DNA of 64,000 nucleotides from Pocillopora damicornis (Eukaryota): NCBI RefSeq assembly GCF_003704095.1, contig NW_020845863.1, positions 62,001 to 126,000 of the forward strand, read 5' to 3'. Shown piece by piece: positions 53,731 to 64,000 of this stretch (position 1 is its first letter; each line of letters starts with the position of its first letter). The notes under the pieces were generated by a model. It saw only the letters and a program-made list of their open reading frames with translations, ran no database searches and was not told where the DNA came from. The position numbers and the translations under genes were made by a program.

Positions 53731-55633
53731 TTATTGTGATTTTTTTTCTTCTCTTTCCTTCTTCTTCAGTTCTTTAAGTTGTCCTCTCTTTACCACTATC
53801 ATCATTTTCCACGCTGTCCACAGCCAGGAGACCTTGAAATATAACAGCAGGGTTTCATTGCCAAGAAGGACAAGCAGAAAAAGACAGTATATTCTGTCCA
53901 ATGGGCAAAATACTGAGCTGAGTACATTATACAACCACTTCCCTGACAGGGTAGAGTTTAGTTTTAGTGATGATATAGAGTGGACCAAATAACAACAACA
54001 ACAACAACCACAATACTTTATATAGACACCTTAGGCCTAGGAGCTGTGAAAGCTTGTTTAAAATACCTATGTGTTAAACATGGAAAATTGTTGAAGCAAC
54101 CAAGAAAGGGAATTTGTTATAACAAAAGGCCCATTTAAAACAACATCAAGGAAAGCTGGAACTTGAGAAAGATCAATTTTGAGTTTAGGTGATGACAGGA
54201 GACCATTAACTGAAAGGGAAGTTGCCAGATATGATCATTTCTTGTAATATATCATTTATGATATAAACAGTATAAAGCATGTAATCATGCACAAAGCTGA
54301 TCATCTTGTTTTCAGAGAGGGACAGTAGGTACTCACAGCTATTTTTTCAACACTGTGTTTACAAACTGGACAAAAGTATGGAATGAATGTGAAAATCCAA
54401 CAAATATGATCACTCTTCTATAAAAACAAGGGGTTGAAGGTGCCTGTTCAAAGAAGGGGTGTTTCTAAAATATTTTGGTCAGCTGGATGGGCATTTCTTT
54501 AGAGGGGCTCTTATTTGATAGTATAAATTGAGAATTAAATGTAATTTATTCCAGTACTTACTGTCAAAACAAAGCAGTTTAGAAGTATTGGACCTGAATA
54601 CACAACTGTTATGAACAAACCAGCTGAATCAAAATACTGCTCCTTTGCAAAGGTCCTATATAAAAAATAATACATTAAATAATGGTAATTTGTGAATGTC
54701 TAATTGTTTTGTTAGTTTAAGACAGGGTTCTACTCATTTCATTTTCCTGAATAAACAAGGAAAAGCTTAAATAAATATCTTATTTATTTTCATTTTCAGA
54801 TTCCTATATCCAACTCTTCTCTTAATATGTCAATTAACCTATATGTCTCAGTTTCTCCTCACCAACCGGGAGTTCATAGAAATGAACCCAAAAATACAAA
54901 ATATTGATAAAAATCAAAGTGAACAAATACGGAAATCCTTCAAAAGAAAACTCTATCATTCTTGAGTGAATAAAAAACTACTTGATTTCCTCCCTTCTAT
55001 AGAAAAGAAAGCTGAATTAGCTCTTAGGAATCAGTGTGAACAAACTATACAGGAGACCACAAAATTCATGTAGATACTCCAAGATAATATGGAATAGTTG
55101 GCATATATGTTTTTGTAATTCTTTCTTTTAAATATTCACCAGAATATTGTCAGTGCTTACCTCCAGTGTTGCGCTCCTAAGGTATTGATTTGTTCTGAAG
55201 CAAATGCCAGTCCCACTGAGGGAAAAATGTAGACAAATATCAACTCTGTGTAACTGAGTCACCAATTTTTTATTTTCTTTTGGGCAAAGGGTAACACATG
55301 ATATTAGTTCATACTTACATAGCAACAAGAATAAGACGATTTGAAAGTTAGTGTATTTTCTTGTGCAAATAACACATAGGAATGTTGCCGTGTGGAAAAC
55401 AATCAGACCTATCAACCAATGTTCAGTCCAGTCTACCTAAGAAGTATGAATAACATTACGAGATTAATCTAGATAACTCCATTCACAACAAATCATTCTT
55501 CGAAACGCTTACGACAAAATAAAAGTAGCTCACAAAATAGGGATAAACTCACAGCTTTGAAAAATTCCCACATACTATCAATTTGTTTGGTGGGGATCCA
55601 TTTATCACCATGTAGAGAAAAATGTTGTTTCAT
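53731..55633 (-). CDS. TMEM18: Transmembrane protein 18 (~149 aa, 5 exons)
   Basis: Exons 55633-55553, 55436-55319 (VDWTEHWLIGLIVFH), 55215-55161 (ASEQINTLGAQHWR), 54655-54562 (FAKEQYFDSAGLFITVVYSGPILL) and 53832-53731 (VSWLWTAWKMMIVVKRGQLKELKKKEREEKKSQ*). These carry the TMEM18 DW.E.WL and QYFDS.G.FI motifs and a basic C-terminal tail. Confidence 0.93.
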
Positions 55634-56347
55634 CTTTTTGAGACTTCGATTTGTGATAAGTCACCACGTCGTACAGAAGGAACACGACTTCTTCAAGGCG
55701 TTACATGTAAAAGAGTAAGATTAGGACTGAGTTATTAACCGCTGGCCATTTCATGAGCCAGCAGGCCGAAGACTCAAGATTAAAATTATAAATTTACATA
55801 ACAAAGCAGAAGTAAAGAATACAGGTGATCATACATTATGTATTTTATCCAAACAGCTGACTTACTTGTCCTTCTACTTAAGCTAAAATATATTTCATTT
55901 ATATGTTCAATGGCAACTAACAAACGGCAGTAAGAGAGGTCTGGCCTCAGTGTATCGTTCTCCTAACTTCATGATCGATGTCTCGTTCATGAATATTCTC
56001 AACTTTGTTTGTTTATTGATCGTCTTTCAATCAATTATTTTCGGAAGTTAATCTCCTGCTGCAGTGATAATTCTCATTTCAATATTGCTGCCGCTAACGC
56101 TTTTCTGTTGCCAAGTAATTTATTTTTCCATCTTTGTTATGCTCCCAAGGAACGGTGATCAAGCGTAATTAAATTACATCGATCGTGGAAATGTCCAGAT
56201 CAAAACGTTTTAAGCGCTCGAAGAATCTACTCTGCTGTTGTATAGGAAAGGAACAATTTAACTTCATCTCGTTGTCGCGTGTGTAATCGAATTTAAAACT
56301 CGTGTTTGATCGGTACGTATTGTGAAATGAAGCCTCTGGAAAGTTAA

Positions 56348-59300
56348 ATGGTTTTGGTTAAGACGATGTTTATACGAAGTCCGCGAGAGTTCGGAGCGTG
56401 GCTATCTACTGCGCTACCCCTCGTTTTTATTGTGGTCAATAACAGTGAGTCGTGCGGTAAGTTTATTTGTCTCCTGCGATCAAAATTTATTGCTTTCGAT
56501 CAAGGCACGAGTGGTCGTCCTGTTTCCGTGCTTACGTGTGTCAAAACAAATCTGCTTTCCGAATTTCTCGAAAACGAAATTTTTAATTTTGGCTCTTACC
56601 ATAAATTTTACCCTTCTATTCTTATATAGTCTCTCTTAACTTGTTAGATTAACAGATAAAATGTAAATATAAGAAAGAGTTACAGATAACAACTCATGCA
56701 TTTGAAATTAATTTAAAAACAGTGAAGATCTCCAAGTCTTCTTATTTTCATCAAGTTGACACATCCTTATCATCATGTGGTGCCTTATTTTTTTTACACT
56801 TGTCCTTTTCATTTTGTGTGTTCCTACATTAAGCTTTAGGTACTAACCTATTTTAAATTGAAATTCAGTGTAACCTCATTTAACTTTGGCTAGAATATAT
56901 TTCACTTACCCTTTCTGTTGATCAGGATCCAATTCTCAGACTTAATTTAATGGAAAGTGTTGACATAACTTTAATTTAACTTAGAATATATGGATTTTGA
57001 CCTGTATAGGTGACAGTTGACTATAATTATCTATTTGAAAACAAAAAAAAACACACACTACTCAAGGCACTTATTGCTTAGATACTGGTGTATGGTACTT
57101 CTACCAAAAATATCGACAAATTCTTGTTTAAAGTGTTGTGATTGAGATATTTATGAATTGAAAAGTAATTATAACAACCTGTTACAACCAAAATGAAAGA
57201 CTTTAAAAGCAAAGATCATTAGGGAGCCTGTCTTTATCAGTATAGGCCACTAATTAAAATTTTTCAATGTATTTCTTTCAATAATTAGAAGATGTCATCA
57301 GGTAGTTACTTGAACTGACCCTTCTTCCCAAATGTTTACTTTGAAAAAAAATTTATCCTTGTTGTAGTATCTTGAACCTATGAATTTCAAATCCAGTAAA
57401 ATGTTTTCCAATTCCTGCAAGCTCTTTGTAAGAATTCACCTTACGCAACAACCTAACTATTACTTTTGATTTTAGTTCTAAGGGTTTCTCGTTAAATGAG
57501 AAATCATCTCCTGGTTATTGTTGTTTTTTTAATTCTCATTACCACTAGGCTTGGCAAAGTAATAATATTGTAAGGAGAAGTCATAAGTTAATACCTTCCT
57601 TCCTGGGTGGGCACAATTTGGTATGCTTCTTTTTATAGAAATGTTTTTAAATTATTTTATGACTCAGTTTTTTTACATTCTACTTACTGATATGAATTTT
57701 TAAATTTTTTTCGGATGACATCAAAGTGAATGCAGTAAAAATCTTTAAATTTTACTCACTGATCTGAATTTTTAATTTTTCAGATGATATCAAAATGAAC
57801 ACAGTTGCTCTGTTATTTGGAGATGTTACCATATCTCATTGGAATACTGGAAACAAAACATTGCTTTTTCAGAAAAGCACAGTGGATGCTGTCAACTTGC
57901 ACTGCTCTCAAAATCCCAACCAGTGTTCTTTGAATTTCTGGAATGACTCAAGGTATTCTGGGAAAAGTGGAGATATCCAAAGTAAAAATCATTATGGGAC
58001 TTTTGCTGATTAAATAAGTACAACTGTTTTCCTCTCTGTAGATCAATTCAATAAAAGTAATTCAGGATAACAAGAACACTTGCACCACCCACCTTAACAC
58101 CCTAACATCAGTATTTATATTCTCCATACTGTCCTCTGTACATTTACTAAGGTGCTGACAAGGAGAATTTGTTTAACAATCAAGAGTTCTTTAGTTGGTG
58201 ATTATTTCCTTTATTCTCATGACATTGATGTGTGATTCAATAGTGGTATTGTAAGGAGAAATTAGATGCTAGTCACTCTTAGAGGTTAAAAGATTTAATA
58301 AGTTTCCCACAAATCAGTCAGTTGTCTCTTTGCTATTTTTGCCACTCATTGGCTCATGAGGTTATAAACTTGTGTTCTGATTAGCTATTTGGTTTGTTGA
58401 CAGTAGATTAAAATTACTGTTCTCTGTCAACATCTTGTGGATAATCCTTCGTAATTTTTTCACTCACCTGCTAGCATAGCTTAACAGCTGATTATCATTT
58501 TCAGAAAATTTACCAACAAAAATGCAGCATTTGTTGAATCTCCCAAACAAGAAAAAAATGATGTTTTGATCCAGTTGTTTGTGACCTTGCCTGAAGGAAG
58601 AGACCTCCGACAAGACAGCTGCAGTGTTGTTCCTGGAACAACTCTCCTGAAAATTGTACAAGATTTTAAGCACAACCTTTCATCTATGGTAGGAGCTGAA
58701 ATCAAGTCAGTCACACTGAACAGCAAGTCAGAAGGAGGCAGAAATGATAATAAATTAAACTACATAATGATACCGATAAGCTTTTCTGTGTTGGTCATCT
58801 TGTGCCTTGTAGCCTGTTGTCTTCACTATGCCAGGTATGTCTCAATCTATGAAAATTATATCACTTTTAAAGATATGATCTTTGCATATAGGCTCCAATG
58901 AACAAAAGCAATTGCAGAAAGAAGCATCACAATATTAAGGCTTCAACAGACATTTGATTTTAAAGTTCATTTGGTAGAAACGCTGTATGATTGTTTGCAA
59001 GAGGCACAGGTTTGAATCTTGTTGTCACCTGAATTTGTCAAGCTTCTATTCTACAATTGCTTTATTTGCAACATACCTGTTTTATATATTTTATTTACAT
59101 GTAGATCATCTGTCTGTCTAAATGTCATTTATCTCATTACATTGTGAATTCCTCTACCAAAAAAGAAGTTCTACTGAAATTTGCCCCACTCCAAGCTTGT
59201 GCCTTTGTAGCTTAGTTGGTCACAGCACCCTGACTACTCCCCAGTAGGCCTGGGTTTGAAATCCATCATAGCCTGAAATTTTTCAAACATCTTTGCTTTG

Positions 59301-62300
59301 ATTACTGGAATTGCAGCTCACCTGCAAATACCATTCCTTTTACATGTATTTCATGCAAGGGTAAATATTGTTTACTTAATTACATTAGATCACTGGCTGG
59401 ATAATGAAGATGACTAGCTATGTAGTGATTGATTGCTATCATATTTTTGAGAGGGAAACTTGACTTTTTTTACTGCAATTCATTTAGAATTCGTATTTCT
59501 TTCTTTTGTCGCTTTTTCATCGATGTTCTAATTTTTTTCTTTTTTTTGGCGTAGTTTTTCTTTTGTTTGTGTCATTCGTATAAATTCATTCGGCTTCATC
59601 ATTTAAACTGTGCCGGATCGTTTTCCTCAATCGTTTTATTTCGTCCTTAACCGTTAACCAGCCATTTGTCCCCGGATCTCGTACAACTCTATTTTGTTTT
59701 CTCGTTTGTCGATTTCTTTACGCATAATTGTCGTAACTTATCATTTGAAATTTTATTTTAGCAACCGCTTCGATTATTCAGTTCGCAACAATACTCCGGT
59801 TTGTTTCTTTTATTGTTAAAGAAAATTAAAGAGCATGTTTTGAACATGTAGGAGTAACTTTGGTCCTATCATTTCATAATTATTTAAAGTTCTCTTTACA
59901 CTTTGTTTTTCAAATTTGTGTTTCTTGAATAGCATGTCTTCTTGTCCATACAATATGAGGAAGTAACTGAAGATCTTGAGACGCATCGTGTCATACAAAA
60001 TAGCAACATAACTATACGAATAGTCCGTGTCTCATGCGATCAAAGCTTGTGAATTAAACTCAGACAATTTCCGTGCCAGCTGTATAGTTTTAGTCATTGT
60101 CAGAAGACAAGAGACTTTTAACCGAATGATTCTGGCATTCGAGGAAGTTATATCCAGCTTTCTTCCACCATTCGAACACTTTTCTCACGCACTTTGTTGA
60201 ATGTGGATGCATTTCCCAGCTGTCATCATGATAATCGTCGCCGTGAGTAGGATTGAAAGCGCCTGAAATGGTCTTAAACGCACCATTCATGATTCCAAAG
60301 CCTTCACCGACCACGTTCACCTTTTTGCATGATTCCCCGAAAGCTCTTCTGTATATGATGCCGTGGACTTTTCCCGGTTCGTTCGGCCATTTTTTCTGTA
60401 GCTCTTTAAATTCTTCGGTGTCAGTTTGCACGATAACAACATATCCACTTTTGCCGTGTGTTCCATTTGCCGTGTACCAATCTCCTTCTCCTTCGCGGCC
60501 GTAGATTATGATTCCTCCGTACATGAAACAACCTCCTCGGTATGGATCTGATTTGCACGAGATGTGAATCGTGTCAACGACGAAAAGCCTGCCTTTCAAA
60601 CTACCACCACGTCGTGGCAAGACCATAAACAATCATTTTCTTCTTCTCCCTCTACGTATGCTGCGTATGACATTTTTCCTGTGGTAATTTTCAGTCTGCG
60701 TCTGAGATCTATTGATCACAAAGAGTTATTGATCAGGCTTGCGTTGAAAAATGAAAGCCTTCTCGTGTAGCGGATAAACTTCCCAAAGCTCAGCGCGGAA
60801 CCAGTTTGCAATGTTGACAAACGTGACCTCACATGATTCGCTTGTATCCTACAGTTGCGTTACGACCTCTTCCATAACATTATTGATGATTTGTTTTATA
60901 ATGAGGAAGTCGCAGTGGCTAATATTCGCAAATACGTCAAGAAAATAATGTTCTTTTTACTTCCGAAGCTTTGTGACATTAATGGAATCAAATTAAACTT
61001 CAAACTCACGATAAGACTTCTTTAAGACATGTCTGGCATGACTCATGCCATTATCAGTTATATCCGTTGACTTTGTTTTTACAGTTACTCGTTACGTTAA
61101 AACTGGGATAACATTTCAAATAAAGTGACAATATTTTAAATGACAATTAGCTTTACAATAGTTTAAGTGCACGCTCACGGGCGCAAATGTAGAAGGTTAG
61201 TCTAAGCGAAAAAATGATATGTTCTTATTGACCGATTGGGAGGGCTGTGCGGGAAAATATTTGACTTGAGTTCATGACATACGAACCGAGCGCAAGCGGC
61301 CACGCTATAATGCTTCCTTTGTTCAAGGCAATAAGAAGTTTTGCCTGGGTCAAGAATTTGAAGGACTCAGCCGAACATTTTTGTTTACAACTAGGAAAGG
61401 GACGCAAGTGCTTGTGCATATACGAATTTTTGTCTGTCAGTAGATGTTCCTTCACCCTTGTGGAAAATTGGCGAGTTGTCTCTCTGGTCAATGTAACAGG
61501 AGTTACATCCTGCATATGTAAAATTATATTTATTTATATTTTAACGCATCCGGAATGGGGTCTTTAAAGCTTAAGTAATTTTTTTTTATTATTTTGAAAG
61601 AGGTTGAGGCAACCTCAAGTCAAGATCTTTGCTGAAAATATTTGACACTTCTGTAAGAGCACCTTAAACTCGGTGGATTTTCCAACTTTGAGATCGTTCT
61701 TTTTAAAGTAAAGATTGCAAAGTTCCTTAAGTTTCTAAATTTTATAGACATAGGCTATCTGGAACATTAATATTAATATGATAATCGTGTAATTGTCATT
61801 ATTTCATTCATTGAATTTGCATAATCATCTTTATATTCGTTTTTCCTGACAGCGAAAAGAGACGGAAAGCGATAGCCACTGAAAGGAGAAAACAAGCTAC
61901 GAAGAAGCTGCGTGAAAATATTTCAAAATCTTCCGAAGCTAGTCACAAAGAGGAACGTGTTCCAGTGGAGAGCACTGCTCAAGGAGATGTATCAATAACA
62001 GTCACTCACGGAGATTCAAGAAGGGAGAAACGAAAAGAGCCCAAAATTGGAGAAGTCCATCTGCACAGCGATCAACAAGAACACGTTGAAAATAACGAAA
62101 GTCGCGACTTGAAGAGGAGAAGGAAAAAGAGAGTTAAGCAAAGCAGAGTTAATACTACAACTTTGACGCCTGCAGTGACCTGTGGTCAGTTGGAAGAAGA
62201 TGAAAGGGAACGTGTTCCAACACCGATGCCAGTCCACCACGGTCTGAGCACTAGAACAGATCCAGGGGAGAGCTTTCACGATGGGCGAAGGCACAAGAAG

Positions 62301-62474
62301 AGAAAGAAACATAAGAGACCACATCATGAAATTAAAGAACAGGACGAGGGGTTTGCTGAAGACAGCGAGACGCGGCAGACTGGGAATTCGGAGGACTCTC
62401 TGATAAAAAATCTGCCCCGTCCTCGAAAATTGATCCCGTTGCAGGAGAAAAGCCAAGCGACCCCTCAAGTATAA
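56348..62474 (+). CDS. Uncharacterised single-pass type-I membrane protein (~409 aa, 4 exons) with a highly basic cytoplasmic tail
   Basis: Exons 56348-56456, 57784-57952, 58505-58834 and 61853-62474 join in phase (1,2,2) with canonical GT-AG. Signal-peptide-like AWLSTALPLVFIVV; a ~140 aa ectodomain with a Cys pair and N-glycosylation sequons; TM IMIPISFSVLVILCLVACCL; tail with KRRRKKRVK and RRHKKRKKHKR. The start could alternatively be the ATG at 56366. Confidence 0.75.
58965..59355 (+). mobile_element. Two tandem degenerate tRNA-derived SINE fragments (second family)
   Basis: A-box-like TAGCTTAGTTGGT (~59208) and B-box-like GGTTTGAAATCC (~59253) / GGTTTGAATC (~59009), each followed by CCTGAA(A)TTT..TTGCA body sequence. 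Confidence 0.5.
60090..60626 (-). CDS. Nested antisense intronless orphan gene (178 aa from ATG 60626; possibly ~194 aa from ATG 60673 if a 1 nt frameshift is repaired)
   Basis: 543 nt stop-free frame, GC-richer than its flanks, with globular-protein composition (GKVHGIIYRRAFG..VVGEGFGIMNGAFKTISGAFN..YHDDSWEM). AATAAA on the - strand at 59814-59809. Lies in intron 3 of the + strand membrane-protein gene. Confidence 0.65.
   Translation of the reverse strand: MVLPRRGGSLKGRLFVVDTIHISCKSDPYRGGCFMYGGIIIYGREGEGDWYTANGTHGKSGYVVIVQTDTEEFKELQKKWPNEPGKVHGIIYRRAFGESCKKVNVVGEGFGIMNGAFKTISGAFNPTHGDDYHDDSWEMHPHSTKCVRKVFEWWKKAGYNFLECQNHSVKSLLSSDND
61320..61488 (-). mobile_element. Penelope-like retroelement remnant (GIY-YIG endonuclease C-terminal fragment)
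   Basis: Translation ETTRQFSTRVKEHLLTDKNSYMHKHL..CKQKCSAESFK resembles the PLE GIY-YIG 'GET.R.L..R..EH....S....H' motif. Truncated and decayed. Confidence 0.7.
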
Positions 62475-64000
62475 AAAGAAATATATCTTCCGCAGCGTTT
62501 CATTTTATAAGTTATTATTTATATATTTTTAATGAGGCCACTTTACGAGTTGTAAGATGACTTGGGATACCTTTTCTCTAGGTTGACAGGTAATTTAAAG
62601 CCAGAACTGTTGGTTTATAATCGATATTCCCGAATCAGACACCTCGGAATGCAGACATTTACCTCAAGCTTACACGAAATCATAAATCCATTCTGTTTTG
62701 GGAAAGGATTTTAGACAAAAGTAGTGCAAAAAATAATTTTAGGTAATTTTACGTACCATTTGTTCTTTTTTTTTTCTTTTAACGTCATCAATTTTTTTGT
62801 GAATCTTTGAGTTTAGATGTTTTTTATTGCCCACTAAAAAAAAGGTTCCTTAAATATTAAAATCGCCGATTTCTGGATGCATCCAGTTAAACGAATTAAT
62901 AATGGTAAGTCAACACATGGAATCGTGTTTTCCTTCAGATGCCGATAGAAATGAATACAGTTACAACCACTTAAATATTTCAGAACTTATTTATAAACTT
63001 ACATTGCAACCAATGTGTTGATATTTCTCCAAACTGCATACAGCAAATGTTGACCCCAGACTACAATCATATTCGTCCTTAAAATAGCATCCGTGATTCA
63101 CACAGTAAGGTCACGAGAATAAAGGAAATGATCACCAACTAAAGAAACTCTTGGTTGTTAAAAAATGCTCCTCATCACCTGAGGTAAAGTGCAGAGAACA
63201 GTAAAGAGAATATGCATACTGATATTAGGGTGTAAAGGGTTGATTCTACAATTATCTGTGTGATTTGTTGACGAACGAGGAAACCGCAACACTTTCGCCT
63301 TTCCTCAATGAAATGTGAAAGCGTATGATTACCGATTCATGGAAATGAAACAGGGCCATATGGTAGAGAACACCTTCCAAATTTGGAACGCGCTTACAGC
63401 AGTAACTAAGATGAATAAATCATCGGTTCGGATCCATTTTTGCGTCAGAAGCGAATTCGAAAATTGGTTACAGGAGTATGACAAGAAACACGTAAAAAAA
63501 ACAATTCTAGGTAATGACGATTTGATAATAAAGCAAACATGCACAGCAAACATGGATTACGACAATGTGTTCTGTTGGCAGTGCACTTGTCACCAGAGCC
63601 ATTTCGCATATAAAAGATAATTCAGCCCCGAGAAACAGGTTGCAATAATTTACTCTAATTTTTTCATTACCTGTCAGCTCGCAACCATTTACTCAAGTGG
63701 AAGTGATTAGGGGTGGGTTTTTAACGAGCGAGGCCAATATCCACCCATTTTCACCGATGCTGGGGTGAATAATAAATTTGGTGCAGTCCACAAAAAACCA
63801 AAAAGATCTATTTTTTATGCCAGTTCACCAGAAAATGGTCAGGAATTAAACTCTTAACGCGCGATTTTGTCTTTTCGGCTTCTCGCAGATGAATAGTACT
63901 TGCTAGTCACATCCGACCAAGCCAATGAGCGTGTGAAAAAGGCACGCACTTTTCACTTATGTGATGTTTACTAAAACGTATTATGATTGATTGAATTGTA

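Noticed and set aside
60506-60598. Selenocysteine or stop readthrough at the TGA ending MSYAAY..VVVV
   Set aside because: Readthrough in that frame stops again at 60508-60506 after 29 codons. The long ORF is in a different frame.
62016-62468. 150 aa hydrophobic - strand ORF
   Set aside because: Antisense shadow of the purine-rich Lys/Arg/Glu last exon of the + strand gene.
63315-63620. 101 aa + strand ORF (and its antisense 74 aa ORF)
   Set aside because: Non-ATG start, no recognisable motif, flanked by repeats, and no splice partners identified.

Overview
AT-rich, intron-rich animal genomic DNA with five N-gaps: 4781-4880, 13220-13319, 17687-17786, 20271-20320 and 53371-53470. The gene architecture and repeat families suggest a cnidarian, probably a stony coral; this is inference, not a database result. 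I spliced the gene models by hand across GT-AG introns. In order: a NOX2/CYBB-type NADPH oxidase (-, runs off the left edge), EBAG9 (+), a ~23 kb UBR5/EDD HECT E3 ligase (-), MORN2 (-) head-to-head with an SLC25 adenine-nucleotide/CoA-type carrier (+), a Mab-21/cGAS-like receptor (cGLR, -) with its whole CDS in one exon and an apparently intact catalytic triad, TMEM18 (-), and an uncharacterised type-I membrane protein (+). The third intron of that last gene holds a nested antisense intronless orphan ORF. Introns and intergenic DNA are rich in TTAA-flanked ~200 bp MITEs, tRNA-derived SINEs and Penelope-associated repeats carrying hammerhead ribozyme cores. The best leads are the nested toxin-like orphan gene with a possible frameshifted 5' end, the cGLR and its promoter, and a near-complete hammerhead ribozyme on the sense strand of a NOX intron. 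No CRISPR array, rRNA or bona fide tRNA gene was seen.
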